Positions 17,874 through 25,360 of a DNA stretch of 32,000 nucleotides are shown here, one piece after another; the stretch's first letter is position 1, and every line of letters starts with the position of its first letter. Origin of the DNA: an uncultured archaeon (lineage in GTDB: Archaea > Iainarchaeota > Iainarchaeia > Iainarchaeales > Iainarchaeaceae); the NCBI GenBank assembly GCA_964577555.1, contig CAZNZM010000008.1:1-32000 (forward strand), in the 5' to 3' direction. The notes beneath the pieces are model-generated. The model searched no databases and was not told the origin of the DNA. It was given only the letters and a program-made list of their open reading frames with translations. Position numbers and translations under genes: made by a program.

Positions 17874-19337
17874 TCATTTCAACTTTACTCCCATTTCTTT
17901 CAAAAATTTTTCAACAGGTTCCTCTTCAACTTCAGTTGTGACTTCAGCAAGCATTGCAAGATTCTTGACCAAACCGCATTGAGGACCGTCAGGAGTTTCA
18001 ATAGGACAAAGCCTTCCCCAATGAGTGCCATGAACATCACGCGCTTCATAAAGCTCCCTGTTTTTATCCAACGGGCTTTTTACTTTTCTTAGATCAGTAA
18101 GCGGCGAAATATAATTGACTCTATCCATGAACTTTGAAACACCAGTGGCTCTGCCAATCCAATTGCCAGTGCTCATTGCAAATTTGATTCTTTCAGAAAC
18201 AGCGCCGGGCCTTACAATCGTTGAAATATTGAGTTTTCTTCTTCTTGTCACAGTTCTGTCAATTTGGAACTTCAAATCCTTGATAAAATACTTAAAACTA
18301 TACCTGAAAAGATGCTCCATCAATTTGCCTGAAAGTTCAAGCCTTTTATTTGCATAATGATCCTTGTCATCTTCGCCCCTCAATTTATACGCCCTTTCAA
18401 TCGCCTTTGTAGCCATCATTACAAGATAATAAGCTTTTGCAAGCCTTTGTTTGGAATCTTGCCCTATATGCGGCAATAAGAATGCATCAATTACTTCTTG
18501 GGCTCTTCTGAGCCTATACTCTTCTACTTGTCCAGGCGCAACGAATTTTCCTATTTTGTCAAGAGCTTCCTTTTCACTCTTCACCATCAAATTTTCAAGG
18601 TTTATAAGCACATCATTCTGTATTTCTTTTTGGTCAATAAACGCCTCTCTAATGCTTTGGCTGGATTTCAAACCCAACGCTTTCAACAAAACAAAAAGCT
18701 TCAATTTTCTTGGCGATGAAGGAAAAGTTACAGTCAATATTCCGTCAGGCGCCCTCATTATTCTCACTCTTCCCTTGAAAGCACCTCTCGTACTAATAAC
18801 TTCCGCCACAGTCTTATCAGTTTGCTCCGAAACTATGACTCTGTCAGACGCAAGGACCTCTTGAGTCATGAGAGCTTTTTCCGAGCCATTGATGATAAAG
18901 TACCCGCCAAAATCCATTGGGTCTTCGCCCATCTCAATAAGCTCTTCATCAGTCTTGCCGTCAAGCCAGCACAACTTTGACTTTAACATTACGGGCAATT
19001 CGCCTACATAAGTTTCTTTTCTGTCCTGCTCAACATCTCTTCTCAAAAGCTTCATAGTGAGATAAATAGGCGCGGAATAAGTTCTGTTTCTCATTCTTGC
19101 CTCCATTGGCAAAAACTTGTTTCTTGGGCTTCCATCAGCTTCCACAATTCTTGGCTTTTGTGTTACAATCTTTTCAAACTCAATCCTGACTTCCTCTATT
19201 TTTGGAGTAACCTCGTTGTTTTCATGAATAATTTCAGGCAATTTCTTTTCAACAAATTGGTTAAAAGAATCTATTTCCATTTGGCTAATTTTTCTATCCC
19301 TAAAATAAGCATCAATCAAACCCCAACCATCTATCAT
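17874..19337 (-). CDS. rpoB2: DNA-directed RNA polymerase subunit B'' (N-terminal half of split RpoB)
   Basis: It has Rpb2 N-terminal homology (...YFIINGSEKALMTQE..., ...HWGRLCPIETPDGPQCGLVKNLA...) and ends 12 nt before rpoB'. Its ATG overlaps the rpoH stop (ATGA at 19334-19337). Confidence 0.97.
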   Translation of the reverse strand: MIDGWGLIDAYFRDRKISQMEIDSFNQFVEKKLPEIIHENNEVTPKIEEVRIEFEKIVTQKPRIVEADGSPRNKFLPMEARMRNRTYSAPIYLTMKLLRRDVEQDRKETYVGELPVMLKSKLCWLDGKTDEELIEMGEDPMDFGGYFIINGSEKALMTQEVLASDRVIVSEQTDKTVAEVISTRGAFKGRVRIMRAPDGILTVTFPSSPRKLKLFVLLKALGLKSSQSIREAFIDQKEIQNDVLINLENLMVKSEKEALDKIGKFVAPGQVEEYRLRRAQEVIDAFLLPHIGQDSKQRLAKAYYLVMMATKAIERAYKLRGEDDKDHYANKRLELSGKLMEHLFRYSFKYFIKDLKFQIDRTVTRRRKLNISTIVRPGAVSERIKFAMSTGNWIGRATGVSKFMDRVNYISPLTDLRKVKSPLDKNRELYEARDVHGTHWGRLCPIETPDGPQCGLVKNLAMLAEVTTEVEEEPVEKFLKEMGVKLK

Positions 19338-19591
19338 TCAACCACCCTGAAATAGACAGATTTGCCGGCAGTAGGGCTGTTTCTCGTGATTTTAATAATG
19401 TCCCCTTTTTTGGCTCCTATTTCAACTATTGCAGGATCATCTTTCAAAATTCGCGGCAACTTTTCAATATTAGAACCATATTTAGCAAGCACTTCGCCAA
19501 CCTTATTCTCTGGCACAATCTCATGCTTAGGAACCAGAAAATGCTGTGAAACCTTTTCCAATCCCAAGCCAACCAACCCCAAAAAAACCAA
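19334..19591 (-). CDS. rpoH: DNA-directed RNA polymerase subunit H (Rpb5-like)
   Basis: HFLVPKHEIVPENKVGEVLAKYGSNIEKLPRILKDDPAIVEIGAKKGDIIKITRNSPTAGKSVYFRVV is typical RpoH. The start is uncertain between ATG 19591 and TTG 19561. TTG 19561 would give MEKVSQHFLVPKHE, matching the usual short RpoH N-terminus. Confidence 0.9.
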   Translation of the reverse strand: MVFLGLVGLGLEKVSQHFLVPKHEIVPENKVGEVLAKYGSNIEKLPRILKDDPAIVEIGAKKGDIIKITRNSPTAGKSVYFRVVE

Positions 19592-19782
19592 CCCTTAAAC
19601 CCAAATTTCTGGCTGCAAAATGCGGTTTAGGTGAAAAAACCCAAAAACCAAATGTAACAACCAGAAAGCGTGAATCCAAAACTACTATTAAATTAATAGA
19701 AAGGAATTTAAAGGTAACACAAAAAGCCAAATTTAATAATTTTGATTGTCTTAAATTTGTAGAAATGACTTTTTGCTATTAA

Positions 19783-20320
19783 TTGCACAAAAGATTTGTT
19801 GGTTTTTTACCAGCTTTTTTTGTTTTGCAAGTCAAACGGTTTTTATTGTTTTTTTTTAGTTTTTTTGGAAAGTATTTTATTTTCTTAGCTGTTTTTTTTG
19901 TGTTTTTTTTTGTCAATTTTTTTTTGTTTTTTTTTTTTGGCGGGTTGTTTTTTTTGTGGTCTTTTTTTTTGTTATTTTTTTTTGAGCCGTTTTTTTTGTC
20001 TTTTTTTTTGTGTTTTTTTTTGTCAATTTTTTTTGTTTTTTCGAACCAAATTTTTTTGTTTTAAACTTTTTTGTTTTTTTTACCAAGTTTTTTCTTTGAG
20101 GTTTTATTTTTTTGTTTTTGACATTGTTTTTTTTGGCGAGCGTTTTTTTGTCAATTTTTTTGATTTATTTTATTTTTTGTTTTTGTTGGCTTGGTTTTTT
20201 TTGTTGAGCCAATGTTGTTTTTTTTGGAAATTGTTTTTTTCTTTTTGGTTTGGATTGTCTTTTTTGCGAGCCGTTTTTTTTAGTCGGTTTATTTTCTTGG
20301 TGCTTTGATTTTTTAGCTGT
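19783..20320 (+). repeat. Second strand-asymmetric oligo-T array (about 0.5 kb, non-coding)
   Basis: It has the same architecture and the same strand polarity as 7393-8190. It contains an internal duplicate ttttttttgtgtttttttttgtcaatttttttt (about 19889-19925 and 20003-20035) and a ttttgcgagccgtttttttt word (about 20266-20285) that also occurs at about 7853-7874. Confidence 0.85.
20031..20141 (+). repeat. Dispersed repeat, copy C (uninterrupted form)
   Basis: It aligns over its whole length with copy A (7691-7750 plus 7817-7864), and its right 60 bp align with copy B (8083-8143). Confidence 0.85.
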
Positions 20321-20322
20321 TT

Positions 20323-20349
20323 GCGGCAACATTTTCAATTTGTTTCCGC
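20323..20349. promoter_or_regulatory. Imperfect inverted repeat GCGGCAAC-N11-GTTTCCGC; candidate operator upstream of rbkR
   Basis: The arms match at 7 of 8 positions. This is the only G/C-rich dyad in an otherwise T-rich leader, about 60-90 nt upstream of ATG 20411. A TATA-like ttttttaagta lies near 20385-20395. Confidence 0.3.
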
Positions 20350-20410
20350 CACAAGATACTTTTTTTTGTTATGCTACTCTTTTTTAAGTAGTTCGCTTGT
20401 GTTTTTTTTT

Positions 20411-21061
20411 ATGAAAGAAGAGAATATAAGCTTGACAATATTGTTGGCGAAAAAAGCCGGCTTTGGAAAGAAATTCATGTTTTCCACTTCAAGCCTTGCC
20501 GAGATTACGGGGTATTCCCAGCAATCAATTTCAAGAAAATTAAGGGAAATGGAAGCAGATGGAATCATTTCAAGAAAGCCCTCGCCTTCGGGAATTGAAA
20601 TCCTGTTTACCGAAAAAGGCAGAAAGGAATTGGAATCGTTGTATTTAGAGCTTTCCGATTTGTTTTCAATAAAAAAGAAAAAAGAGTTGCAAGGAAAGGT
20701 GATTGACGGACTTGGCGAAGGAAAATATTACACTCAAATACCTCAATATAAATCTCAATTCAAAGAACTTTTCGGTATTGACTTGTATCCAGGTACTTTG
20801 AATCTTTCAGTAGACCCTGACGAAAGATCTGCATTCCTATCAACTACTCCATTAAAAGTGAATGGTTTTCAGGATAAAGACCGGACATTTGGCGGAATAG
20901 ATTGCTGGCAAGTAAAACTCAATGGTTCGGAATATGCAGTCGCAATAATACCTCACAGAACAAATCACCCAAAAAATGTGATTGAAGTGGTTTCAAGCTT
21001 CAACCTCAGAAAAAAATTGAATTTGAAAAACAATTCTGTTGTAAAAATGGTGATGGCATGA
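20411..21061 (+). CDS. rbkR: RbkR-type bifunctional protein: N-terminal winged-HTH fused to a CTP-dependent (archaeal) riboflavin kinase
   Basis: The C-terminal domain GKVIDGLGEGKYYTQIPQYKSQFKELFGIDLYPGTLNLSV... matches MJ0056-type riboflavin kinase. The N-terminal 85 aa (...SLAEITGYSQQSISRKLREMEADGIISRK...) is wHTH-like. ATG 20411 (MKEENIS) is preferred over the track start at 20321, which lies in the T-rich leader. Confidence 0.85.
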   Translation: MKEENISLTILLAKKAGFGKKFMFSTSSLAEITGYSQQSISRKLREMEADGIISRKPSPSGIEILFTEKGRKELESLYLELSDLFSIKKKKELQGKVIDGLGEGKYYTQIPQYKSQFKELFGIDLYPGTLNLSVDPDERSAFLSTTPLKVNGFQDKDRTFGGIDCWQVKLNGSEYAVAIIPHRTNHPKNVIEVVSSFNLRKKLNLKNNSVVKMVMA

Positions 21062-21564
21062 AAAACAAAAAAAACTCAAAACCAATAAAAATAGCTGTTG
21101 TGGACACAATGTTCAGTCGAGGCGACATGGCGCCAGTTGCAATAAACACGATGGAGGCAATGGCCAAAGAAAACAATTGGAAAATAGAAATTGTCAGAAA
21201 AACTGTGCCAGGCGTGAAAGATATTCCTGTGGCAATGCTCAATTTGCTTGAAAAAGGATGCGACGCAGGAATATGTTTCGGCATGCCAGGGAGCGAACCA
21301 ATAGACAAAACATGTTCCCACGAAGCATCGTTAGGCATACAACAAGTTCAATTAATGACAAGAAAAACGGTTCTTGAAGTATTTGTGCATGAAGATGAAG
21401 CAAGCAACGGCGAAGAACTCGGCAGGCTGATGTACAACCGCTCCGAAAAGCATGCAAAAAATCTCATGTGGATGATTTTCAAGCCAGAAGAACTTTTAAA
21501 AAGAGCCGGTACTGGAGAAAGGCAAGGAAGAGAAAACGCTTGGACAGTAGATGTCAAACCATGA
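21058..21564 (+). CDS. ribC: Archaeal-type riboflavin synthase
   Basis: IAVVDTMFSRGDMA...IVRKTVPGVKDIPVA...FGMPGSEPIDKTCSHEASLG...EVFVHEDEA...IFKPEELLKRAG closely parallels MJ1184-type riboflavin synthase. Its start overlaps the rbkR stop (ATGA). Confidence 0.9.
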   Translation: MKNKKNSKPIKIAVVDTMFSRGDMAPVAINTMEAMAKENNWKIEIVRKTVPGVKDIPVAMLNLLEKGCDAGICFGMPGSEPIDKTCSHEASLGIQQVQLMTRKTVLEVFVHEDEASNGEELGRLMYNRSEKHAKNLMWMIFKPEELLKRAGTGERQGRENAWTVDVKP

Positions 21565-21582
21565 TTTACCCAGGTGCCAAAA

Positions 21583-21987
21583 ATGAAAGTCATGAAAATA
21601 GGAATTGTTATTGCGGATTTTTATCCAGAAATAGCCAGTGAAATGCTTTCCGAAGCACAAAACGCAGCCAAAGAAAAAGGCATAAAAGTAGTTGCAGTTT
21701 CAAAAGTGGTTGGCGCATTTGACATTCCTATTGCGCTAAAAAGAATTCTTGAACGGAGAGATGTAAATGCAGCAGTAGTTCTGGGAGCGGTTGTGCAGGG
21801 CGAAACATCACATGACGAAGTAGTCGCATATACTTCTGCTGAAAAAATATTGTCTCTATCGCTTCAATACAACAAACCAGTTGGCTACGGCGTTTCAGGT
21901 CCAAGAATGACGATTGCACAAGCAAAAGCAAGAGCCAAAGAGTTTGCAAGAAGAGCCGTTGAAGCAATTTTTATCAGGCAATCCTAA
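21583..21987 (+). CDS. ribH: 6,7-dimethyl-8-ribityllumazine synthase
   Basis: GAFDIPIALKRILERRDVNAAVVLGAVVQGETSHDEVV...YNKPVGYGVSGPRMT is a typical archaeal RibH. The track start at 21574 is a GTG; ATG 21583 is preferred. Confidence 0.9.
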   Translation: MKVMKIGIVIADFYPEIASEMLSEAQNAAKEKGIKVVAVSKVVGAFDIPIALKRILERRDVNAAVVLGAVVQGETSHDEVVAYTSAEKILSLSLQYNKPVGYGVSGPRMTIAQAKARAKEFARRAVEAIFIRQS

Positions 21988-21989
21988 AA

Positions 21990-22466
21990 CTATTTGCTTT
22001 TTCTTGGCTTAACTTTATATCTATTTTCTTTAAAGTCATACTCTAAAGTCGGCAAATCCCAAAAATAAAGCCCGTTTTCAGGATCAAAAACCCTTCTTTC
22101 AACTATTAGCACTTCATTTTCATTTTCTTTAAAGTAGCAAGTCTCCCTTAATATCAATTCCATAACCTTATTTCTTATTTTGATTTTTTGAATAGACCAG
22201 ACTTCTTGAGTAAAAACTTTGCCAGCAAATCTCTTTTCAGGCATGACAAAAGCATAATGCGGGTCAAGAGGACTTGCCAGTGATGGATCTTTTTCTTTCC
22301 ACCAACCCATACTTTGCATGGTTGCAGGCGCCGATTCGGATTTCAAAATTTTAAGAATTCTATTCGGTACTTTTTCTCCTGGAAAAGCAATTAATCTTCT
22401 TAAAAAAACAACAACTCTGTGCTTGGCCGTTTTAATAAAAGATTTGAATTTTGGAAATGGCCTCAT
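21990..22466 (-). CDS. Hypothetical protein (158 aa from Met-72 of the track ORF)
   Basis: The track ORF 21990..22679 overlaps the well-supported ogg gene by about 170 nt on the opposite strand. The internal ATG 22466 removes the overlap. No family recognised. Confidence 0.5.
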   Translation of the reverse strand: MRPFPKFKSFIKTAKHRVVVFLRRLIAFPGEKVPNRILKILKSESAPATMQSMGWWKEKDPSLASPLDPHYAFVMPEKRFAGKVFTQEVWSIQKIKIRNKVMELILRETCYFKENENEVLIVERRVFDPENGLYFWDLPTLEYDFKENRYKVKPRKSK

Positions 22467-22506
22467 AATTAAATAATCTTTTACACTAAACTTGTTTTTA
22501 GTATTT

Positions 22507-23139
22507 ATGTCGCAAAATTTGTTGTCAAAAATTTCAGAAATTAAAAAAAGTCCGGTGTCAATTGAAATAATGGAAAGATACCGCCAATTCAAATCTTTTT
22601 CCTCAAAAAATGAAGAGGATTGGTTTTCCGAACTTTGTTTTTGCATTACCACTGCAAATTCCAGCGCAGAAACAGGCATAAAAATACAAAATGCCTTGGG
22701 CTTTGAAGGATTTTATTATTTGCCACAACAAGACTTGGCTAAAAAATTGAAATTATTAGGATACCGGTTTTACAACAAGCGAGCACAATACATTTGTGAA
22801 GCCAGAAAACATTTCGGAATCAAGAAAAAACTTTCAAATTTCAAATCAGACAGGGAAAAAAGATTTTATCTTGTTGAAAATGTAAAAGGTTTTTCATTCA
22901 AAGAAGCATCGCATTTCCTTCGCAACACAGGACATGACAATTGCGCAATCCTTGACAGGCACATACTCCGCATAATGTACGAAAACGGTTTTATTCTGGA
23001 AGTGCCTAAATATTTGCCGCCAAAAAAATACTTGGAATATGAAAAAATACTTGACTCTTTTTCAGAAATGGCTGGCCTGAATCATTCCTTGCTGGACCTT
23101 TACCTTTGGTTCATGCGCACTGGAAAAATATTAAAATAA
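22507..23139 (+). CDS. ogg: 8-oxoguanine DNA glycosylase/AP lyase, archaeal Ogg2 type (HhH-GPD)
   Basis: EEDWFSELCFCITTANSSAE...FYNKRAQYI...KEASHFLRNTGHDNCAILDRHILR...LDLYLWFMRTGKILK closely parallels the Methanocaldococcus-type Ogg. The track start at 22492 is a TTG; ATG 22507 is preferred. Confidence 0.87.
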   Translation: MSQNLLSKISEIKKSPVSIEIMERYRQFKSFSSKNEEDWFSELCFCITTANSSAETGIKIQNALGFEGFYYLPQQDLAKKLKLLGYRFYNKRAQYICEARKHFGIKKKLSNFKSDREKRFYLVENVKGFSFKEASHFLRNTGHDNCAILDRHILRIMYENGFILEVPKYLPPKKYLEYEKILDSFSEMAGLNHSLLDLYLWFMRTGKILK

Positions 23140-23171
23140 TCCAAAGAGAATTTGAATACATCTAATAATAT

Positions 23172-23879
23172 TCAAAGACCTTTCATTTTACGCATTTTCA
23201 AGAAATGATTCCAAGCCGCTTCCAAATCACTTTCAACCACGTCCGGCCAATATTTTTTTATGTGATAATATTCAGAGTATGCGCTTTGCCACAAAAGAAA
23301 ACCGCTTTTTGCTTCTCTTTCAGCTTCTTCTTCGCCAGTCCTTATTATCAAATCACAACTGGATTGCACTCCCAAGTGCCTTATGACATCTTTTTCAGTC
23401 AATCCGAAAAACAAATTTTTTATTCTGTTCATCGGCGAACTGACGCTTCTAAGTATTTCCGATTGTCCAGTATAACCTATTAGTATGTTCAATACTTTGT
23501 TTCCGTAATATTTTGTTTCGGTTTTGAGTTGTTTGCAAACTTCGATTATGTTTGACGGAATTTTGTCTTCCCGTGTTGAAACAACATTTACTTTAACTTT
23601 ATTGTCGTGCAATTCTTTTGATTTCAAGAGTTTTTGAAGTTTTATATAATAAATTTCATAAAGGTTTGAAAGTTCCCTTTCGTTTCTTTTGAAGTTTTCC
23701 TCGCTCAAAGCATAAATGCTGCATTCCCCTATTTCCTTTTTTTCCATTGCCCAATCCACTAGTTTTTCAATTGTTTCCGCGCCTTTTTTATGCCCTTCCA
23801 TAGGATCCAAACCGTGTTCCAATGCCCATCTCCTGTTGCCGTCAGGAATTATGCCAACATGATACAAGCCATTGTACAT
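23172..23879 (-). CDS. uppS: cis-prenyltransferase (undecaprenyl/dolichyl-type diphosphate synthase)
   Basis: It has the HVGIIPDGNRRWA signature and the downstream ...LIIRTGEE...SGFLLWQSAYSEYY motif. Start Met-7 (ATG 23879) fits a TATA box 25 nt upstream. Confidence 0.92.
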   Translation of the reverse strand: MYNGLYHVGIIPDGNRRWALEHGLDPMEGHKKGAETIEKLVDWAMEKKEIGECSIYALSEENFKRNERELSNLYEIYYIKLQKLLKSKELHDNKVKVNVVSTREDKIPSNIIEVCKQLKTETKYYGNKVLNILIGYTGQSEILRSVSSPMNRIKNLFFGLTEKDVIRHLGVQSSCDLIIRTGEEEAEREAKSGFLLWQSAYSEYYHIKKYWPDVVESDLEAAWNHFLKMRKMKGL

Positions 23880-23898
23880 ATCTAAAAAACACTTCATA

Positions 23899-23909
23899 AT
23901 AATATATAA
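23899..23909 (-). promoter_or_regulatory. Candidate TATA box for uppS (leaderless geometry)
   Basis: Minus-strand TTTATATATTA is centred about 25 nt upstream of ATG 23879. It would lie only 2-12 nt from the alternative ATG 23897. Confidence 0.45.
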
Positions 23910-24002
23910 ATCAAATCTTTTTAGCAGTGTTGAAAATTTTTTGTTTGTTGTAAAATCGTGTTTTTTTTAGAAGTTCATCTGTTTTTTGTCCTTATAAATT
24001 CC

Positions 24003-25178
24003 TTACCAACCATAATGTTCTGCTTTGCTATAACCAAGAGATTTCATTGCGGCTATAAATCCTTTCAAGAATATTGTCGGCTTTTTTGAGAAAACTTTGA
24101 GCCCGAATTTCATTTTTTCAAAATAATTGAAGTTGTCAAATGTGTCAGGCAAAGAATTTCCTATTATATTTAATTCTTCATCTGTAAAACCATATAATGC
24201 GTTTTTTCCTTTTATTATTTTTGAATACTCGGGAAATTCAGCTTTCCAGAGTTTTTCGTATTTTGAAAAAGTTTCTTTTGAAAAATCGTTTTTGTCAATC
24301 GCTTCTTTTGCAACTTCCGCGGCAAATTGTCCGCTCTTCAAGCCCAAATGCGAACCACCTTCAAACAATGGCGAAGTAAAACCCGCAGCGTCTCCAACTA
24401 ACATCAAGCCTTCATCATAAGTGTTTTTAACAGGCCCAGAAGCAGGAATCAAGCCTCCAAAAACCTTGATTCTTTCCTTGTCTTTCCATCCTTTTTTTTC
24501 TATGAACACCTCGTTATATGCTTTTGCTTTGTTTTTGTCAGTAGTAACCAATCCAACATTTGCGCGCATATCTTTTTTTGGTATCATCCACAAATAGCCA
24601 TGAGGCGCCAATTTAGGCCAAATATAAAAATCTATGTAATTGTCTCTTTCAATTCCTTTAAGTTCATATTGTATGCCTATTACTGATTCAAACCTGTTAT
24701 TTAACCCTATTTTTCTTGAAACAACACTTGCAACCCCTGAAGCATCAACCACTATTTTTGCTTTGAAAATACCTTTGTTTGTTTCGACTTCCCAAATTCC
24801 TTTTTCTTTTTTTATATTATCCATTCTCGTCGAAAGCCTTAGTTCGGCTCCACTCTTTACTGCTTCTCCTGAAAGCCATTGTTCAAAAAGATGCTTTTCA
24901 AGAACAAAACCCTTTTCGTTGAGTATGGTGCCCTTTCCATTAGGCCAAATAATCCTTATGCCATCTACATGAGACGAGATAACTTCTTCAGGAATTTTTA
25001 TGTTTGTATTAGTAGTGGCAAGCAGTGAAAGACATTCACCACAATGCACTGGCTCGCCTACTTTGTCATGTTCTTCAATAATTATAACCTTCAAACCATT
25101 CCTTGCACAATGCAATGCAGCCGAGCCTCCAGCAGGACCAGCCCCTATTACTAAAACGTCATAAATTTTTTCTTCCAT
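24003..25178 (-). CDS. Geranylgeranyl-reductase-family FAD-dependent oxidoreductase
   Basis: It has the N-terminal dinucleotide fold YDVLVIGAGPAGGSAA, followed by ...LVGDAAGFTSPLFEGG..., and a size of about 391 aa. The track start at 25187 is a GTG; ATG 25178 is preferred. Confidence 0.88.
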   Translation of the reverse strand: MEEKIYDVLVIGAGPAGGSAALHCARNGLKVIIIEEHDKVGEPVHCGECLSLLATTNTNIKIPEEVISSHVDGIRIIWPNGKGTILNEKGFVLEKHLFEQWLSGEAVKSGAELRLSTRMDNIKKEKGIWEVETNKGIFKAKIVVDASGVASVVSRKIGLNNRFESVIGIQYELKGIERDNYIDFYIWPKLAPHGYLWMIPKKDMRANVGLVTTDKNKAKAYNEVFIEKKGWKDKERIKVFGGLIPASGPVKNTYDEGLMLVGDAAGFTSPLFEGGSHLGLKSGQFAAEVAKEAIDKNDFSKETFSKYEKLWKAEFPEYSKIIKGKNALYGFTDEELNIIGNSLPDTFDNFNYFEKMKFGLKVFSKKPTIFLKGFIAAMKSLGYSKAEHYGW

Positions 25179-25193
25179 ATAAAACACTTTTTG

Positions 25194-25208
25194 TATTTTT
25201 ATTTAAAA
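25194..25208 (-). promoter_or_regulatory. Candidate TATA box for the reductase gene (leaderless geometry)
   Basis: Minus-strand TTTTAAATAAAAATA is centred about 25 nt upstream of ATG 25178. Confidence 0.4.
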
Positions 25209-25360
25209 CCAATTAATAGTGGTTATAAATTTAAATGTCATGTTAATTTAGTTGCTGTTTGCGAATAAACTGTTAAAAATTTTTGTTGCATTTGTCAATA
25301 CTTTTTCCAATTTTTTTAGTTCGGATATTTAAACAGTAACTCAATTATTTTATTTGATTT

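Noticed and set aside
5210-19355. Numerous antisense or out-of-frame track ORFs inside tuf, fusA, rps7/12, nusA, rpoA', rpoA'', rpoB' and rpoB'' (for example 5665..6159+, 12264..12764+, 13705..14190+, 14818..15234+, 16992..17393+, 18451..18864+).
   Set aside because: Each lies wholly within a gene of near-certain identity on the other strand. Their products are Ser/Phe/Leu-rich shadows typical of antisense reading of purine-rich coding strands.
19527-19782. ORFs 19527..19730 (-) and 19546..19782 (+) in the rpoH upstream region.
   Set aside because: They overlap the rpoH 5' end and each other, have low-complexity composition and match no family. They most likely fall in leader or promoter sequence.
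19783-20308. Phe-rich + strand ORFs 19783..20064 and 19898..20308, plus the N-terminal 30 residues of track ORF 20321..21061.
   Set aside because: The same oligo-T artefact applies. The rbkR homology starts only after Met-31 (ATG 20411).
7393-20320. The T-rich tracts considered as a replication origin (DUE plus origin-recognition boxes) or as a CRISPR-like array.
   Set aside because: There is no cdc6/orc1 gene nearby, no recognisable ORB-type dyads, and both tracts have the same strand polarity, so there is no skew switch. The repeats are not of constant length and have no unique spacers, and no cas genes are present.
22467-22679. The N-terminal 71 codons of track ORF 21990..22679 (-).
   Set aside because: They overlap the strongly supported ogg gene on the opposite strand by about 170 nt, and an internal ATG at 22466 removes the conflict. 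The extension is probably not translated.
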